Below, piece after piece: positions 16,316 through 27,076 of a stretch of 32,000 nt of DNA; within the stretch, counting starts at the first letter, position 1; every line of letters begins with the position of its first letter. The notes under the pieces are model-generated. The model searched no databases and was not told where the DNA came from. It saw only the letters and a list, made by a program, of their open reading frames with translations. The DNA lies in the NCBI RefSeq assembly GCF_000017305.1, contig NC_009664.2, positions 1,230,001 to 1,262,000 on the forward strand, given 5' to 3'. The DNA comes from Kineococcus radiotolerans SRS30216 = ATCC BAA-149. GTDB taxonomy: Bacteria > Actinomycetota > Actinomycetes > Actinomycetales > Kineococcaceae. Position numbers and translations under genes: made by a program.

Positions 16316-17535
16316 GGGGAGGTTCTCCTCGGGTCGTGGACGGGTGCCGCCCCAGCGTGCGCCGGTGCCCCCTCCCCCGCACGCCCGGACCGCCCGCGGC
16401 GGGTCAGCGGCAGCAGGCCGCCGGCCGCGAGGACCCCGCCGGTCAGCAGCACCAGCCGCAGGTCCAGCGCCAGCAGCGCCCCGCCCAGCCAGGCGCCGCC
16501 GGCGATCCCGACGTTGAAGGTGGCGTTGACGACGGCCGGGGCGGCGTCGCTGCCCCGCCCGGCGCGCAGGGCGGCGGTCTGGACCAGGGTCGGCAGGGCC
16601 CCGAAGGCGGTGCCCCAGACGACGACCAGCGCGACCACCGGGGCGGCCCGGCCGGTGCCGAGCACCGCGGCCCCCGCCAGCAGGCAGGAGGCGATCACCA
16701 GGACGGTGCCCACGAGCGAACGCTGCGGGTGGCGGTCGGCGAGGGTGCCGGCGAGGACGAGGCCGGCCAGGCTGGCGGCGCCGTAGCCGAACAGCACCAG
16801 GCTGACGCCGCCCGCCGGGACGCCGGCGCTCACCACGAGCGGGGTGACGTAGGTGTAGGCGGTGTAGTGCCCGAGGGTGATGACCGTGGTCGCGGCCGCG
16901 ACGGCGAGCAGCCGCCCGCCGCGCAGCGCGGCCCGCACCGACGGCGGGCGTTCCCCGGTGCCGGCGCCGGGGTCGCGGGGCAGGACGGCGAGCCCGGCGA
17001 GCGCGAGCGCCGCGAGCAGGGCCGAGGTGGTGCCGAAGGCCCACCGCCAGCCCAGCGCCGTGCCCAGGGCCGTGCCGAGCGGGACCCCGGCGGTCAGCGC
17101 GAGGGTGATCCCGGCGTTGACCACGGCCAGCGCCCGGCCCCGGCGCTCGGGCGGGACGAGGGCGACGGTCGCGCTGACGACGACGGAGAAGATCCCGGCG
17201 TGGGCGAGGCCGCCGAGCAGGCGCGCCAGCACGGCCCAGCCGTAGCCGGGGGCGAGCAGGATCGCGGCGTTGCTCAGGGCGTAGACCAGCAGCAGCCCGA
17301 CGAGGGCGCTGCGCCGGGGGAACCGGGCCAGCCAGGCGGTCAGGGGGATCGCGGTGGCGGCGACGACGAGGGCGTAGGCCGAGACCCACCAGCCGATGCG
17401 GGACTGCGGGACGCCGAAGGCGGCGGCGAGCTGCGGGAGCAGCCCGACGGGCAGGACCTCGGTGGTGACGGCCCCGAACAGCGAGGCCGTCAGCAGGGCG
17501 ATCGGGGCGGCGGGCAGTCGCGGCGGGGACGGCAC
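16312..17535 (-). CDS. MFS transporter (12-TM, drug/sugar-efflux-like)
   Basis: About 407 aa, uniformly hydrophobic with the MFS loop motif (LARFPRRSALV). It is translationally coupled to the SDR gene. Start is GTG 17535 (or TTG 17544); the tracked extension to 18756 is a shadow of the ROK gene. Confidence 0.8.
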   Translation of the reverse strand: MPSPPRLPAAPIALLTASLFGAVTTEVLPVGLLPQLAAAFGVPQSRIGWWVSAYALVVAATAIPLTAWLARFPRRSALVGLLLVYALSNAAILLAPGYGWAVLARLLGGLAHAGIFSVVVSATVALVPPERRGRALAVVNAGITLALTAGVPLGTALGTALGWRWAFGTTSALLAALALAGLAVLPRDPGAGTGERPPSVRAALRGGRLLAVAAATTVITLGHYTAYTYVTPLVVSAGVPAGGVSLVLFGYGAASLAGLVLAGTLADRHPQRSLVGTVLVIASCLLAGAAVLGTGRAAPVVALVVVWGTAFGALPTLVQTAALRAGRGSDAAPAVVNATFNVGIAGGAWLGGALLALDLRLVLLTGGVLAAGGLLPLTRRGRSGRAGEGAPAHAGAAPVHDPRRTSP

Positions 17536-17542
17536 GCCCGGC

Positions 17543-17550
17543 AATATACT
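17543..17550. promoter_or_regulatory. AT island AATATACT with -10-like hexamers on both strands
   Basis: TATACT on the plus strand lies 25 nt upstream of the ROK ATG, with AAGGAG at 17564-17569 between them. TATATT on the minus strand ends 7-8 nt before the MFS GTG at 17535, which is compatible with a leaderless mRNA. This is the only AT-rich stretch in the 39-bp divergent gap. Confidence 0.35.
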
Positions 17551-17574
17551 CGGGCTTCGAGCAAAAGGAGTGGG

Positions 17575-18738
17575 ATGACGAACCGCGCGACCCTGGGCCG
17601 CGACCTGCTGCGGGCGGCCCACCTGACCCCCGGGCTGACCCGCGCCGACGCCGCCCGCGCCCTGGGCACCGGGACGGGCACCACGACGGAGATCGTCGTG
17701 CGCCTGCTGGGCGAGCACCTCCTCGCCGAGGGGCCCCCCTCCGCCACCGGCCGGCGGGGCCGCCCCACCCGCCCGCTGGTGGCCCACCCCGAGGGGCCGC
17801 TCGTGCTCGCCGCGGCGATCAGCCACGAGGACTGGCGGCTGCGGGTCGTCGAGCTCGGCGGCGCGGTGGTGGCCGAGACGGGAGGCCCCCACGGCGCGGG
17901 CGGTCCCGACGCCGTGCTCGCCGCCGTCCGGGCCGCGGCGCGCGGCGCGCTGCGCCGCTTCCCCCGGCGGGTGCGCGGGGCCGGGCTGGCCGTGCCCGGC
18001 CTCGTCCGCGAGGCCCACCTCCTCGACGCCCCCCTGCTGGGCTGGCACGACGTGGACCTGCGCGCGGCCTGGCCGCGCTCCCCCGATCTGCCCGCCGACC
18101 TCGTGCTCGCCGGCAACGACGCGCGGTGCGCGGCGGTGGCGGAGGCCGTGCGCGGGCGGGCCGCGGGGTCCCGCCTGCACCTGCACCTGCACCTGGACGC
18201 CGGCCTGGGAGGCGCCCTCACCACCGACGGGCAGCTGCTGGACGGCGCCCGCGGCAGCGCCGGGGAGTTCGGCCACCTGCCCTTCGGCGACCCCGCGCGC
18301 CGCTGCGGGTGCGGGGCGTCCGGCTGCTGGGGCACCGCCCTGGACGGCGCCGCGCTCGCCCGGCTGCTCGGGGAGCAGGACCCGCCCGACCCGGTCTCCC
18401 ACGGCCACCGGGTCCTCGACCGCGCCGGCGCGGGGGACCCCGCGGCGGGCCGGGCCGTGGCCGTCGTCGCCCGTGCCCTCGGCCGCGGGACCGCCGGGCT
18501 GGTCAACGCCCTCGACGCCGACCTGGTCACCCTGGGCGGGCTGGCCGGACGCGTCCTCGACGTCGCGCCGGGAGAGGTGCGCGCGGCGCTGGAGGCGGGC
18601 TCGATGGCGGTGCGCCGCAGCTCCCCCGCGGTGCTGGCCGCCGCGGCGCTCGGCGCCGACGGCCCGCTGGTGGGGGCGGGGGAACTGGTGTGGTCGCGCT
18701 GGTGGGACCGGCCGGCGGGCCCCCGGGGTGCAGGATGA
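17575..18738 (+). CDS. ROK family transcriptional regulator
   Basis: N-terminal wHTH (LTRADAARALGTGTGTTTEIVVRLL) and the ROK zinc motif GEFGHLPFG...CGCGASGCWG. ATG at 17575 is preceded by AAGGAG. Confidence 0.85.
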   Translation: MTNRATLGRDLLRAAHLTPGLTRADAARALGTGTGTTTEIVVRLLGEHLLAEGPPSATGRRGRPTRPLVAHPEGPLVLAAAISHEDWRLRVVELGGAVVAETGGPHGAGGPDAVLAAVRAAARGALRRFPRRVRGAGLAVPGLVREAHLLDAPLLGWHDVDLRAAWPRSPDLPADLVLAGNDARCAAVAEAVRGRAAGSRLHLHLHLDAGLGGALTTDGQLLDGARGSAGEFGHLPFGDPARRCGCGASGCWGTALDGAALARLLGEQDPPDPVSHGHRVLDRAGAGDPAAGRAVAVVARALGRGTAGLVNALDADLVTLGGLAGRVLDVAPGEVRAALEAGSMAVRRSSPAVLAAAALGADGPLVGAGELVWSRWWDRPAGPRGAG

Positions 18739-19510
18739 CCCCGTGCCCGGGTCCATCCAGTCGATCGAGCGGGCCGCGGCCGTGCTGCGGCTGCTCGCCG
18801 GCGCCGGTCAGGGGCTCGGCGTCGTCGACATCGGCAACGCGCTGGGGCTGGCCAAGACGACGGCGCACGGGATCGTGCGGACCCTCGTCGAGGTCGGCTT
18901 CGTCGTGCAGGAGGAGTCCGGGGACTACCGCGCCTCCCCCGGGCTGGCCGACCTCGGCCGCCCCCGCATCGACGCCAACGACCTGCGCGCCCGGGCGGTG
19001 AACTGGGCGGACTCCCTGGCCAGCCGGACGGGTGAGTCGGTGCGGCTGGCGACGCTGGTGGAGGGCCGCGCCCTCGTCGTCCACCACGTGTTCCGCCCCG
19101 ACGACAGCGCCCAGGAGCTCAGCACCGGCGCCTCGCTGCCCGCCCACGCCTGCGCCCTGGGCAAGGTCCTGCTCGCCTCCGCCCCCGTCCGGCCCCGGGG
19201 CCGGCTGACGGCCATGACGGCCCGGACCACCGTCGACCCCGCCGCGCTGCGCCGGACCCTCGCCGCGGTGCGCGCGCAGGGCTGGGCCCTCGACGTCGAG
19301 GAGCTGGAGGCGGGCTGGGCGGGCATCGCCGCCCCCGTCCGCGACCTCGGCGGTCTCGTCGTGGGCGCGATCGGCATCGCCGGCGAGGTCGACCGGCTCG
19401 TGGACTCCCGCGGCCGCCCCCGCGCCGGGCTGGTGCCGGCCGTGCGGCAGGCCGCCCGCTCGATCTCCCGGGGCCTGGGAGCGCGCGAGGGGGGACGCGA
19501 CGGCGCGTGA
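18728..19510 (+). CDS. IclR family transcriptional regulator (GylR-like by position upstream of glpK)
   Basis: IclR N-terminal HTH ([15 protein letters not shown]...[15 protein letters not shown]) and a C-terminal effector domain. Start is GTG 18728 (overlaps the ROK stop by 11 bp) or GTG 18743. Confidence 0.8.
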   Translation: MQDDPVPGSIQSIERAAAVLRLLAGAGQGLGVVDIGNALGLAKTTAHGIVRTLVEVGFVVQEESGDYRASPGLADLGRPRIDANDLRARAVNWADSLASRTGESVRLATLVEGRALVVHHVFRPDDSAQELSTGASLPAHACALGKVLLASAPVRPRGRLTAMTARTTVDPAALRRTLAAVRAQGWALDVEELEAGWAGIAAPVRDLGGLVVGAIGIAGEVDRLVDSRGRPRAGLVPAVRQAARSISRGLGAREGGRDGA

Positions 19511-19535
19511 GGACCGGGCCCGGGGATCGGGCAGG

Positions 19536-21104
19536 ATGACGCGCGTGACCGAGGACGCGCACGAGACCGCACCGGTGCGCCTGCCCGGGGACCAGCGCCC
19601 CGAGCACCGCGGCTACGTCGTCGCCATCGACCAGGGCACCACCTCCACCCGCTGCATCCTCTTCGACCACGCCGGGCGGCTGGTCGCCGTCGCCCAGCGC
19701 GAGCACCGCCAGCACTACCCCCGGCCCGGCTGGGTCGAGCACGACGCCGCGGAGATCTGGCGCAACGTCGCGCGGCTGGTCCCCCAGGCCATGGCCCAGG
19801 TCGAGGCCACCCCCGCCGACGTCGTCGCGATCGGGATCGCCAACCAGCGCGAGACGGTCGTGGCCTGGGACCGCCGCACCGGGGACCCGGTGAGCCCCGC
19901 CGTGGTCTGGCAGGACACCCGCACCACCGAGCTCGTCGAGGAGTTCTCCGCCCACGGCGGGGCCGACCGCTTCACCGACGTCTGCGGGCTGCCGCTCACC
20001 ACGTACTTCTCCGGGCCCCGCATCACCTGGATGCTGCGCCAGGACGCGGGGCTGCGCCGGCGGGCGGAGAACGGCGACGTGCTGTTCGGGACGATGGACT
20101 CCTGGCTGGTCTGGAACCTCACCGGCGGCCCCGACGGCGGGCGGCACGTCACCGACGTCACCAACGCCAGCCGGACGATGCTGATGGACCTGGAGACCCT
20201 GGACTACTCCGAGCGGATGCTCGCGGAGTTCGGGATCCCGCGCCGGGCGCTGCCCCGCATCGTCCCCAGCTCCCAGGTGTACGGCGCCGCGACCACCGTC
20301 GTCCCCGGGGCCCTCATCGGGGCCGCGCTGGGCGACCAGCAGGCCGCGCTGTTCGGGCAGACCTGCTTCTCCCCCGGGGAGGCCAAGTGCACCTACGGCA
20401 CCGGCAGCTTCCTGCTGATGAACACCGGCACCGAGATCACCCGCTCCACCCACGGCCTGCTCACCACCGTGGCCCACCGCATCGGCGAGGAACCCCCGGT
20501 CTACGCGCTGGAGGGGTCCATCGCCATCACCGGCGCCCTCGTGCAGTGGCTGCGCGACAACCTGGGGCTCATCTCCACCGCCCCCGAGATCGAGACCCTC
20601 GCCCGCACCGTGGAGGACAACGGCGGGTGCTACTTCGTCCCCGCGTTCTCCGGGCTGTTCGCCCCGCACTGGCGCTCGGAGGCCCGCGGGCTGGTCATCG
20701 GCCTCACCTCGTTCGTCACCAAGGGCCACATCGCCCGGGCCGCGCTGGAGGCCACCGCCTGGCAGACCCGCGAGGTCGTCGAGGCCATGGACGCCGACTC
20801 CGGCCTGCGGCTGGCGTCGCTGCGCGTGGACGGGGGGATGACCTCCAACAACCTGCTGATGCAGACCGTCGCCGACGTCCTCGACGCCCCCGTCGTGCGC
20901 CCCATGGTCAACGAGACGGTGTCGCTGGGCGCGGCCTACGCCGCGGGTCTCGCGGTGGGTTTCTGGCCCGACCTCGACGCGCTGCGCCGGCGCTGGCACC
21001 GGGCCGGGCAGTGGTCGCCGACCATGGGGGCGGAGGAGCGCGAACTGGGCTGGGCGTACTGGCAGCAGGCCGTCCAGCGCACCTTCGACTGGATCCGGCA
21101 CTGA
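19536..21104 (+). CDS. glpK: glycerol kinase
   Basis: FGGY kinase hallmarks: [40 protein letters not shown] and [10 protein letters not shown]. Length about 520 aa. Confidence 0.95.
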   Translation: MTRVTEDAHETAPVRLPGDQRPEHRGYVVAIDQGTTSTRCILFDHAGRLVAVAQREHRQHYPRPGWVEHDAAEIWRNVARLVPQAMAQVEATPADVVAIGIANQRETVVAWDRRTGDPVSPAVVWQDTRTTELVEEFSAHGGADRFTDVCGLPLTTYFSGPRITWMLRQDAGLRRRAENGDVLFGTMDSWLVWNLTGGPDGGRHVTDVTNASRTMLMDLETLDYSERMLAEFGIPRRALPRIVPSSQVYGAATTVVPGALIGAALGDQQAALFGQTCFSPGEAKCTYGTGSFLLMNTGTEITRSTHGLLTTVAHRIGEEPPVYALEGSIAITGALVQWLRDNLGLISTAPEIETLARTVEDNGGCYFVPAFSGLFAPHWRSEARGLVIGLTSFVTKGHIARAALEATAWQTREVVEAMDADSGLRLASLRVDGGMTSNNLLMQTVADVLDAPVVRPMVNETVSLGAAYAAGLAVGFWPDLDALRRRWHRAGQWSPTMGAEERELGWAYWQQAVQRTFDWIRH

Positions 21105-21122
21105 ACCCCGGGCCCCGAACCC

Positions 21123-21803
21123 TCAGAGCTCGAAGCGGTACCCCATGCCCGGTTCGGTGATGAGGTGGACCGGCGCGCCCGGCACCTCCTCCAGCTTGCG
21201 CCGCAACTGCCCCACGTAGACCCGCAGGTAGTTCGTCTCCCGCCCGTAGGCCGGTCCCCAGACCTCCTGCAGCAGCCGGGTCTGGGTGACCAGCCGGCCG
21301 GCGTTGGTCACCAGCACCTGCAGCAGGTGCCACTCGGTGGGGGTGAGCTTCACCGGTTCCCCGCCGCGGGTCACCGCGCGGCGGGCGAGGTCGATGCGCA
21401 GGTCCCCGACCTCCAGCACCTCCCCCGGGCCCGTCCCGGCCACCTCCCCGCGGCGCACCGCGGCGCGCAGCCGGGCCAGCAGGACGTCCATCGCGAAGGG
21501 CTTGGTCACGTAGTCGTCGGCGCCGGCGTCCAGCGCGTCGACGGCGTCGGCCGAGGACGTCCGGGCCGTGAGCACGACGATCGGCACCCGGCTCCACCCG
21601 CGGATGCCCGCCAGCACCTCCAGGCCGTCGAGGTCGGGCAGCCCGAGGTCCAGCAGCACCACGTCGGGGTGGGTGCTCGCCGCCGCCTCCAGGGCCGCCG
21701 CTCCGTCGGCGGCGACCGTCACGTCCCAGCCGCGCGCGGACAGGTTGATCGACAGCGCCCGCCGCAACCCCGGCTCGTCGTCCACCACCAGCACCCTGCT
21801 CAC
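21123..21803 (-). CDS. kdpE: OmpR-family response regulator KdpE
   Basis: Receiver domain (VLVVDDEP...LLDLGLPDLDG...TKPF) plus an OmpR winged-helix (LTPTEWHLL...GMGYRF). GTG 21803 overlaps the kdpD stop (GTGA). Confidence 0.9.
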   Translation of the reverse strand: MSRVLVVDDEPGLRRALSINLSARGWDVTVAADGAAALEAAASTHPDVVLLDLGLPDLDGLEVLAGIRGWSRVPIVVLTARTSSADAVDALDAGADDYVTKPFAMDVLLARLRAAVRRGEVAGTGPGEVLEVGDLRIDLARRAVTRGGEPVKLTPTEWHLLQVLVTNAGRLVTQTRLLQEVWGPAYGRETNYLRVYVGQLRRKLEEVPGAPVHLITEPGMGYRFEL

Positions 21804-24376
21804 GCCGGTGATCCTCCCGGAGCCGGGACCAGGGCCTGCGCGTGCCCCGCCGGCGGCAGGTCCAGGACCATCGTCAGCCCGCCGCCGGGGGTGTCCTGGG
21901 CCTCCAGCCGCCCCCCGACCGCCTCGGCGAGCCCGCGGGCCACGGCCAGCCCGAGGCCCAGCCCCGCCGTCGAGCGGTCGCCCAGCCGCTGGAACGGGGT
22001 GAACGCCCGCTCCTTCGCCGCGTCCGGCAACCCGGGGCCGTGGTCGACGACGAGCAGCCGCACCACCCGGCGGGCGTCGTCGGTGGAGGAGGACGCCACC
22101 ACCTCCACGCGCGTCCCCCCGTGCCGCACCGCGTTCTGGACGAGGTTGGCCACCACCCGCTGCAGCAGCCCCGGGTCGGTCGAGACCGGCGGCAGGCCCG
22201 GCGGCAGGTCGACGACGACCCGCCCGGGTCCCACGTCGCGCACCGCCCCCGCCACGACGTCCTCGAGGTCGACGACGACGAGCAGCGGCTCCACCGTCCC
22301 GCTGCGGACCCGGGTCAGGTCCAGCAGGTCGTCGATGAGCCCCTGCAACCGGTCCGCGGAGTTCCCGACCTCGGCGAGGAGCTCGTCCCGGATCTCCTCC
22401 GGCAGGTCGATGTCCTTGGCCCGCAAGCTGTCCAGCGACGCCTTCAACGTCGCCAGCGGGGTCCGCAGGTCGTGCGAGACCGCCGTCAGCAGCGCCCCGC
22501 GGACGGCCTCGCCCTCCTCCAGGCGGCGCACCTGCGCGGCCTCGGCCCGCAGCCGCTGCTTCTGGCGGACCGCCGCGATCTGGGTGGCGAACACCTCCAG
22601 CACGCGCCGGTCGCCGGCCCCCAGCAGCCGCCCGCGCAGCACCAGGCAGGTCAGGTCGTCGAGGACGACCTCGGCGTCGGCGTCGGCGGGACGGGTGCAC
22701 ACCGGCGCCCCGGTCGCGGCGGCCACCGCCCACGGCGCGCGGACGTCGCTGCGCTCCAGCAGCGTCACCGAGTCCACGGCGAACGTCTCGCGGGTGTGCC
22801 GCAGCGCCTCGGCCAGCGGGTCGGCGGCCAGCAGGGCCGTGCGGGTCAGCACCGACAGCGCCTCGGACTCCGCCCGCGAGCGGGCCGCGTCGCGGGTGCG
22901 GCGCGCGGCGGTGTCGACGGTGCTGGACACCGCCAGCGCCACGAGCAGGAACACCGCGAGCGCGACCGCGTTGGCCGGCTGGGCGATGGTGAACCGGTGC
23001 AGCGGCTCGGTGAAGAACCAGTTCACCGCCAGCCCGGCGACCAGCGCCGCGGCCAGCGCCGGCAGGACCCCGCCGGCCAGGGCCGCCCCCACCACGACGA
23101 CGAGGAAGACCATGAGGTCGGTGGAGAGGTCCTGGTGGGGGATGGCGAGCAGCACCCCGGTGACCAGCAGCGGCCCGAGGAGGGCGACGAGCCAGCCCAG
23201 GACCCGGCGGGTCCCCGACAGCGCGGCCCGCGCCGGGCGGGGCAGCCCCGAGCGCCGCGCCTGCTCCTCGTGGGTCACGACGAGGACGTCGACGGCTCCC
23301 GCCCCGCGGACCACGCCGTCCCCGACGCTGCGCCGGAACAGCGAGGCGAGGCGGCGGTGCCGGCTCGCCCCGACGACGATCTGCGAGGCGTTGACCCCGC
23401 GGGCGAACTCCAGCAGCGACGTCGCGACGTCGTCGCCCACCACCTGGTGGTAGGTGCCGCCGAGGGTCTCGACGAGCTCGCGCTGCTCGGCCAGCCGCAC
23501 CGGCGAGGTGCGCAGCAGGCCGTCGCCGCGGGCGACGTGGACGGCGTGCAGCTCGCCGCCCGCGCCGCGCCCGGCCAGGCGGGCCGCGCGCCGGACGAGG
23601 GTGGCCCCCTCGGCCCCGCCGGTGAGGGCGACGACGACGCGCTCGCGGGCGGGCCAGGTCGCGTCGATGCCCTGCTGGGCCCGGTAGCGCTCCAGCCCCT
23701 CGTCGACGCGGTCGGCCAGCCACAGCAGGGCCAGTTCCCGCAGCGCGGTGAGGTTGCCGGTGCGGAAGTAGTTCGACAGGGCCGCGTCGACGCGGTCACC
23801 GGCGTAGACGTTGCCGTGGGAGATCCTGCGCTGCAACGCCTCCGGCGTCATGTCGACGAGCTGCACCTGGTCCGCGGAGCGGAGGACGGCGTCGGGGACG
23901 GTCTCGCGCTGCTCGATGCCGGTGATGTGCTCGACGACGTCGTTGAGGGACTCCAGGTGCTGGATGTTCACCGTCGAGACGACGTCGACGCCCGCGGCGA
24001 GGATCTCCTCGACGTCCTGCCATCGCTTGGGGTGCTTCGAGCCGGGGGCGTTGGTGTGGGCGAGCTCGTCGACGACGACGACCTCGGGCCGGCGCCGCAG
24101 GACGGCCTCGACGTCGAGCTCGGCGACGGCGAGGCCGCGGTGCTCGACGGTGCGCCGCGGCAGGACCTCCAGCCCCGCCAGCAGGGCCTCGGTCCGCTCG
24201 CGGCCGTGGCACTCGACGAGCCCCACGACGACGTCGGTCCCCCGCCGGCGGCGGCGGTGCGCCTCGTCGAGGGCGGCGAAGGTCTTGCCGACGCCGGGGG
24301 CGGCGCCGAGGAAGACCCGCAGCCGCCCCCGCCTCTTCTCGTCGCGGCGGGGCTCCACCCGCCCAGTCTGCGGCAC
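21800..24376 (-). CDS. kdpD: sensor histidine kinase KdpD
   Basis: N-terminal KdpD domain with Walker A (GAAPGVGKT), a USP-like region, 4 TM helices, a GAF-like linker, the H-box SHDLRTPLA and a HATPase_c domain. Start is GTG 24376 (2 nt after the kdpC stop) or GTG 24358. Confidence 0.9.
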   Translation of the reverse strand: MPQTGRVEPRRDEKRRGRLRVFLGAAPGVGKTFAALDEAHRRRRRGTDVVVGLVECHGRERTEALLAGLEVLPRRTVEHRGLAVAELDVEAVLRRRPEVVVVDELAHTNAPGSKHPKRWQDVEEILAAGVDVVSTVNIQHLESLNDVVEHITGIEQRETVPDAVLRSADQVQLVDMTPEALQRRISHGNVYAGDRVDAALSNYFRTGNLTALRELALLWLADRVDEGLERYRAQQGIDATWPARERVVVALTGGAEGATLVRRAARLAGRGAGGELHAVHVARGDGLLRTSPVRLAEQRELVETLGGTYHQVVGDDVATSLLEFARGVNASQIVVGASRHRRLASLFRRSVGDGVVRGAGAVDVLVVTHEEQARRSGLPRPARAALSGTRRVLGWLVALLGPLLVTGVLLAIPHQDLSTDLMVFLVVVVGAALAGGVLPALAAALVAGLAVNWFFTEPLHRFTIAQPANAVALAVFLLVALAVSSTVDTAARRTRDAARSRAESEALSVLTRTALLAADPLAEALRHTRETFAVDSVTLLERSDVRAPWAVAAATGAPVCTRPADADAEVVLDDLTCLVLRGRLLGAGDRRVLEVFATQIAAVRQKQRLRAEAAQVRRLEEGEAVRGALLTAVSHDLRTPLATLKASLDSLRAKDIDLPEEIRDELLAEVGNSADRLQGLIDDLLDLTRVRSGTVEPLLVVVDLEDVVAGAVRDVGPGRVVVDLPPGLPPVSTDPGLLQRVVANLVQNAVRHGGTRVEVVASSSTDDARRVVRLLVVDHGPGLPDAAKERAFTPFQRLGDRSTAGLGLGLAVARGLAEAVGGRLEAQDTPGGGLTMVLDLPPAGHAQALVPAPGGSPA

Positions 24377-24378
24377 CG

Positions 24379-24969
24379 TCAGGGGGCCGCGGACCGCAGC
24401 GCGAGGTTCAGCTCCAGCACGTTCACCGTCGGCTCGCCGAGGAACCCCAGGGCGCGCCCGCGGGTGTGCTCGGCGACGAGGGCGGCGACCCGCTGCTCGC
24501 TCAGCCCGCGGGCCGCGGCGACCCGCGCGACCTGCCGGCGGGCGTTCTCCGGGGAGACGTGGGGGTCCAGGCCCGACCCGGAGGCCGTCAGCGCGTCGGG
24601 GGCCACGTCGACGGGCGCGGTGCCGTCGGCGGCGGCGACCGCGGCGCGCCGCTCCTCGACGGCCTTCAGCAGGTCGGTGCTCTCCGGGCCGAGGTTCGAG
24701 GCGCCGCTGGCGGTGGGGTCGTACCCGTCGCCGGCCGCGGAGGGGCGCGGCTGGAACCACTGCTCGCCGGGGAACTCCTGCCCGATGAGCCGGGAGCCGA
24801 CGGGCTGCCCGTCGACGGCGACGACCTGCCCGTCGGCGCGGGCGGGGACGAGCCGCCCCACGGCGAACACCGCGAGCGGGTAGACCAGCCCGAGGCCGGC
24901 GGTGGCGACGAGCAGCAGCAGCAGGCCGGTGCGGGCCTGGCGGAGGAGGTTGGTCAGCGCGAGGGACAC
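24379..24969 (-). CDS. kdpC: K+-transporting ATPase subunit C
   Basis: 196 aa with a single N-terminal TM helix and the conserved KdpC blocks SGASNLGP and TASGSGLDPHISP-like (TASGSGLDPHVSP). Confidence 0.9.
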   Translation of the reverse strand: MSLALTNLLRQARTGLLLLLVATAGLGLVYPLAVFAVGRLVPARADGQVVAVDGQPVGSRLIGQEFPGEQWFQPRPSAAGDGYDPTASGASNLGPESTDLLKAVEERRAAVAAADGTAPVDVAPDALTASGSGLDPHVSPENARRQVARVAAARGLSEQRVAALVAEHTRGRALGFLGEPTVNVLELNLALRSAAP

Positions 24970-24973
24970 GGGA

Positions 24974-27076
24974 TCAGCCGATTCCTGGGATCTGGGAGAC
25001 GAGCAGGTCGACGAGCTTGATGCCCAGGAACGGCACGGCGACGCCGCCGAGGCCGTACACGAGCAGGTTGCGGCGCAGCAGGGCCGCGGCGCCGGAGGGC
25101 CGGTAGCGCACCCCGCGCAGGGCGAGGGGGATGAGCGCCACGATGACGAGGGCGTTGAAGACGACCGCGGAGACGATCGCGGACTCCGGCGTGGCCAGCC
25201 GCATGACGTTGAGCGCGCCGAGCTGCGGGAACGTGGTGACGAACATCGCCGGGAGGATGGCGAAGTACTTCGCGACGTCGTTGGCGATGGAGAACGTGGT
25301 GAGCGCGCCGCGGGTGATGAGCAGCTGCTTGCCGATCTCGACGATCTCGATGAGCTTCGTCGGGTCGGAGTCCAGGTCGACCATGTTCCCGGCCTCCTTG
25401 GCGGCCGAGGTGCCGGTGTTCATCGCGACCCCGACGTCGGCCTGGGCCAGGGCGGGGGCGTCGTTGGTGCCGTCGCCCATCATCGCCACCAGGCGCCCGC
25501 CGGACTGCTCGCGGCGGATGAGGTCCAGCTTGTCCTCCGGCGTGGCCTCGGCGAGCACGTCGTCGACCCCGGCCTCGGCGGCGATGGCGGCGGCGGTGCG
25601 GGCGTTGTCGCCGGTGACCATGACGGTGCGGATCCCCATGGCCCGCAGCTGCGCGAAGCGTTCGCGCATCCCCTCCTTGACGACGTCCTTGAGGTGGACG
25701 ACGCCGAGGACGCGGGCCCGCGACCCGGAACCCGTCGTGACGTCCTCCGCCACGACCAGCGGGGTCCCGCCGACGGTGGAGATGTCCTCCACGGCCCGCT
25801 CGACCTCGCGGGGGACGTCGCCGCCGAGCCCTCGGACCCAGTGCGCCGTCGCCGCGGCGGCCCCCTTGCGGATCCGCCGCTCCCCCCGGCCGGTGGTCAG
25901 GTCGACCCCGGACATGCGGGTCTGGGCGGTGAACGGGACGGGCGTGGCGCCGAGGTCCGCGGGGTGGGCGGCCACCCCCTGGCGCTCCTCCACGAGGACC
26001 ACGATCGAGCGGCCCTCGGGGGTGGTGTCGGCGAGGCTGGAGAGCCGGGCGGCGTCGGCGAGCTCGGCGGGGTCCACGCCCGGGGCGGGGACGAGCTCGT
26101 GGGCCTGCCGGTTGCCGAGGGTGATGGTGCCGGTCTTGTCCAGCAGCAGGGTCCCCACGTCGCCGGCGGCCTCGACGGCGCGTCCCGACATCGCCAGGAC
26201 GTTGCGCTGCACCAGGCGGTCCATGCCGGCGATGCCGATGGCCGAGAGCAGCGCCCCGATGGTGGTGGGGATGAGGCAGACCAGCAGGGCGACCAGCACG
26301 ACCAGCGGCTGGGGGCGCCCGGAGTAGACCGCCATCGGCTGCAGGGTCACGACGGCGAGCAGGAACACCAGGGTCAGGCCGGACAGCAGGATGTTCAGCG
26401 CGATCTCGTTGGGGGTGCGCTGGCGGGCGGAGCCCTCGACGAGGGCGATCATCCGGTCCACGAAGCTCTCACCCGGTTTGGCCGTGACCCGCACGACGAT
26501 CCGGTCGGAGAGGACGGTGGTGCCGCCGGTGACGGCGCTGCGGTCGCCGCCGGACTCGCGGACGACGGGAGCGGACTCCCCGGTGATGGCCGACTCGTCG
26601 ACGCTGGCGACGCCCTCGACGACGTCGCCGTCGCCGGGGACGGTCTCGCCGGCCTCGACGACGACGAGGTCGCCCACGCGCAGCCGGCTGGAGGCGACGC
26701 GCTCCTCCCGGCCCTCGGTCAGCCGGCGCGCGACGGTCTCCGCGCTCACCCGGCGCAGCGACGCGGCCTGCGCCCGCCCGCGCCCCTCGGCGACGGCCTC
26801 GGCCAGGTTCGCGAAGAGGACGGTGATCCACAGCCAGGCGACGATGACCCACGCGAACACCGACGGGTCGGTGACCGCGAGCGCGGTGGTGAGGACGGCG
26901 CCGAGGGCGACGACGAACATCACCGGGGTGCGGACGAGGTGGCGCGGGTCGAGCTTGCGGAACGCGCCGGGCACCGCGGCGACGAGCTGGCGGGGGCTGA
27001 ACGCCCCGCCGGGGACGCGGTGCGGTTCGGGGGCGGCGGTGTCCGGCGGGAGGGGTTTCTCGGTGAGGGTGCTCAC
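24974..27076 (-). CDS. kdpB: K+-transporting P-type ATPase subunit B
   Basis: 700 aa with the P-type phosphorylation motif DKTGTIT, TGES, MVTGDN and [13 protein letters not shown] 27076 overlaps the kdpA stop (GTGA). Confidence 0.95.
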   Translation of the reverse strand: MSTLTEKPLPPDTAAPEPHRVPGGAFSPRQLVAAVPGAFRKLDPRHLVRTPVMFVVALGAVLTTALAVTDPSVFAWVIVAWLWITVLFANLAEAVAEGRGRAQAASLRRVSAETVARRLTEGREERVASSRLRVGDLVVVEAGETVPGDGDVVEGVASVDESAITGESAPVVRESGGDRSAVTGGTTVLSDRIVVRVTAKPGESFVDRMIALVEGSARQRTPNEIALNILLSGLTLVFLLAVVTLQPMAVYSGRPQPLVVLVALLVCLIPTTIGALLSAIGIAGMDRLVQRNVLAMSGRAVEAAGDVGTLLLDKTGTITLGNRQAHELVPAPGVDPAELADAARLSSLADTTPEGRSIVVLVEERQGVAAHPADLGATPVPFTAQTRMSGVDLTTGRGERRIRKGAAAATAHWVRGLGGDVPREVERAVEDISTVGGTPLVVAEDVTTGSGSRARVLGVVHLKDVVKEGMRERFAQLRAMGIRTVMVTGDNARTAAAIAAEAGVDDVLAEATPEDKLDLIRREQSGGRLVAMMGDGTNDAPALAQADVGVAMNTGTSAAKEAGNMVDLDSDPTKLIEIVEIGKQLLITRGALTTFSIANDVAKYFAILPAMFVTTFPQLGALNVMRLATPESAIVSAVVFNALVIVALIPLALRGVRYRPSGAAALLRRNLLVYGLGGVAVPFLGIKLVDLLVSQIPGIG

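Noticed and set aside
18175-18192. (CTGCAC)x3 hexanucleotide repeat
   Set aside because: It lies in frame inside the ROK gene, where it encodes LHLHLH. It is short, coding and has no obvious regulatory context.
15491-18756. Long versions 15491-17389 (-), 16312-18756 (-), 16336-18738 (+) and 17490-18530 (-)
   Set aside because: Only the distal parts carry SDR, MFS or ROK motifs. The remainder is antisense to a recognisable gene and low-complexity.
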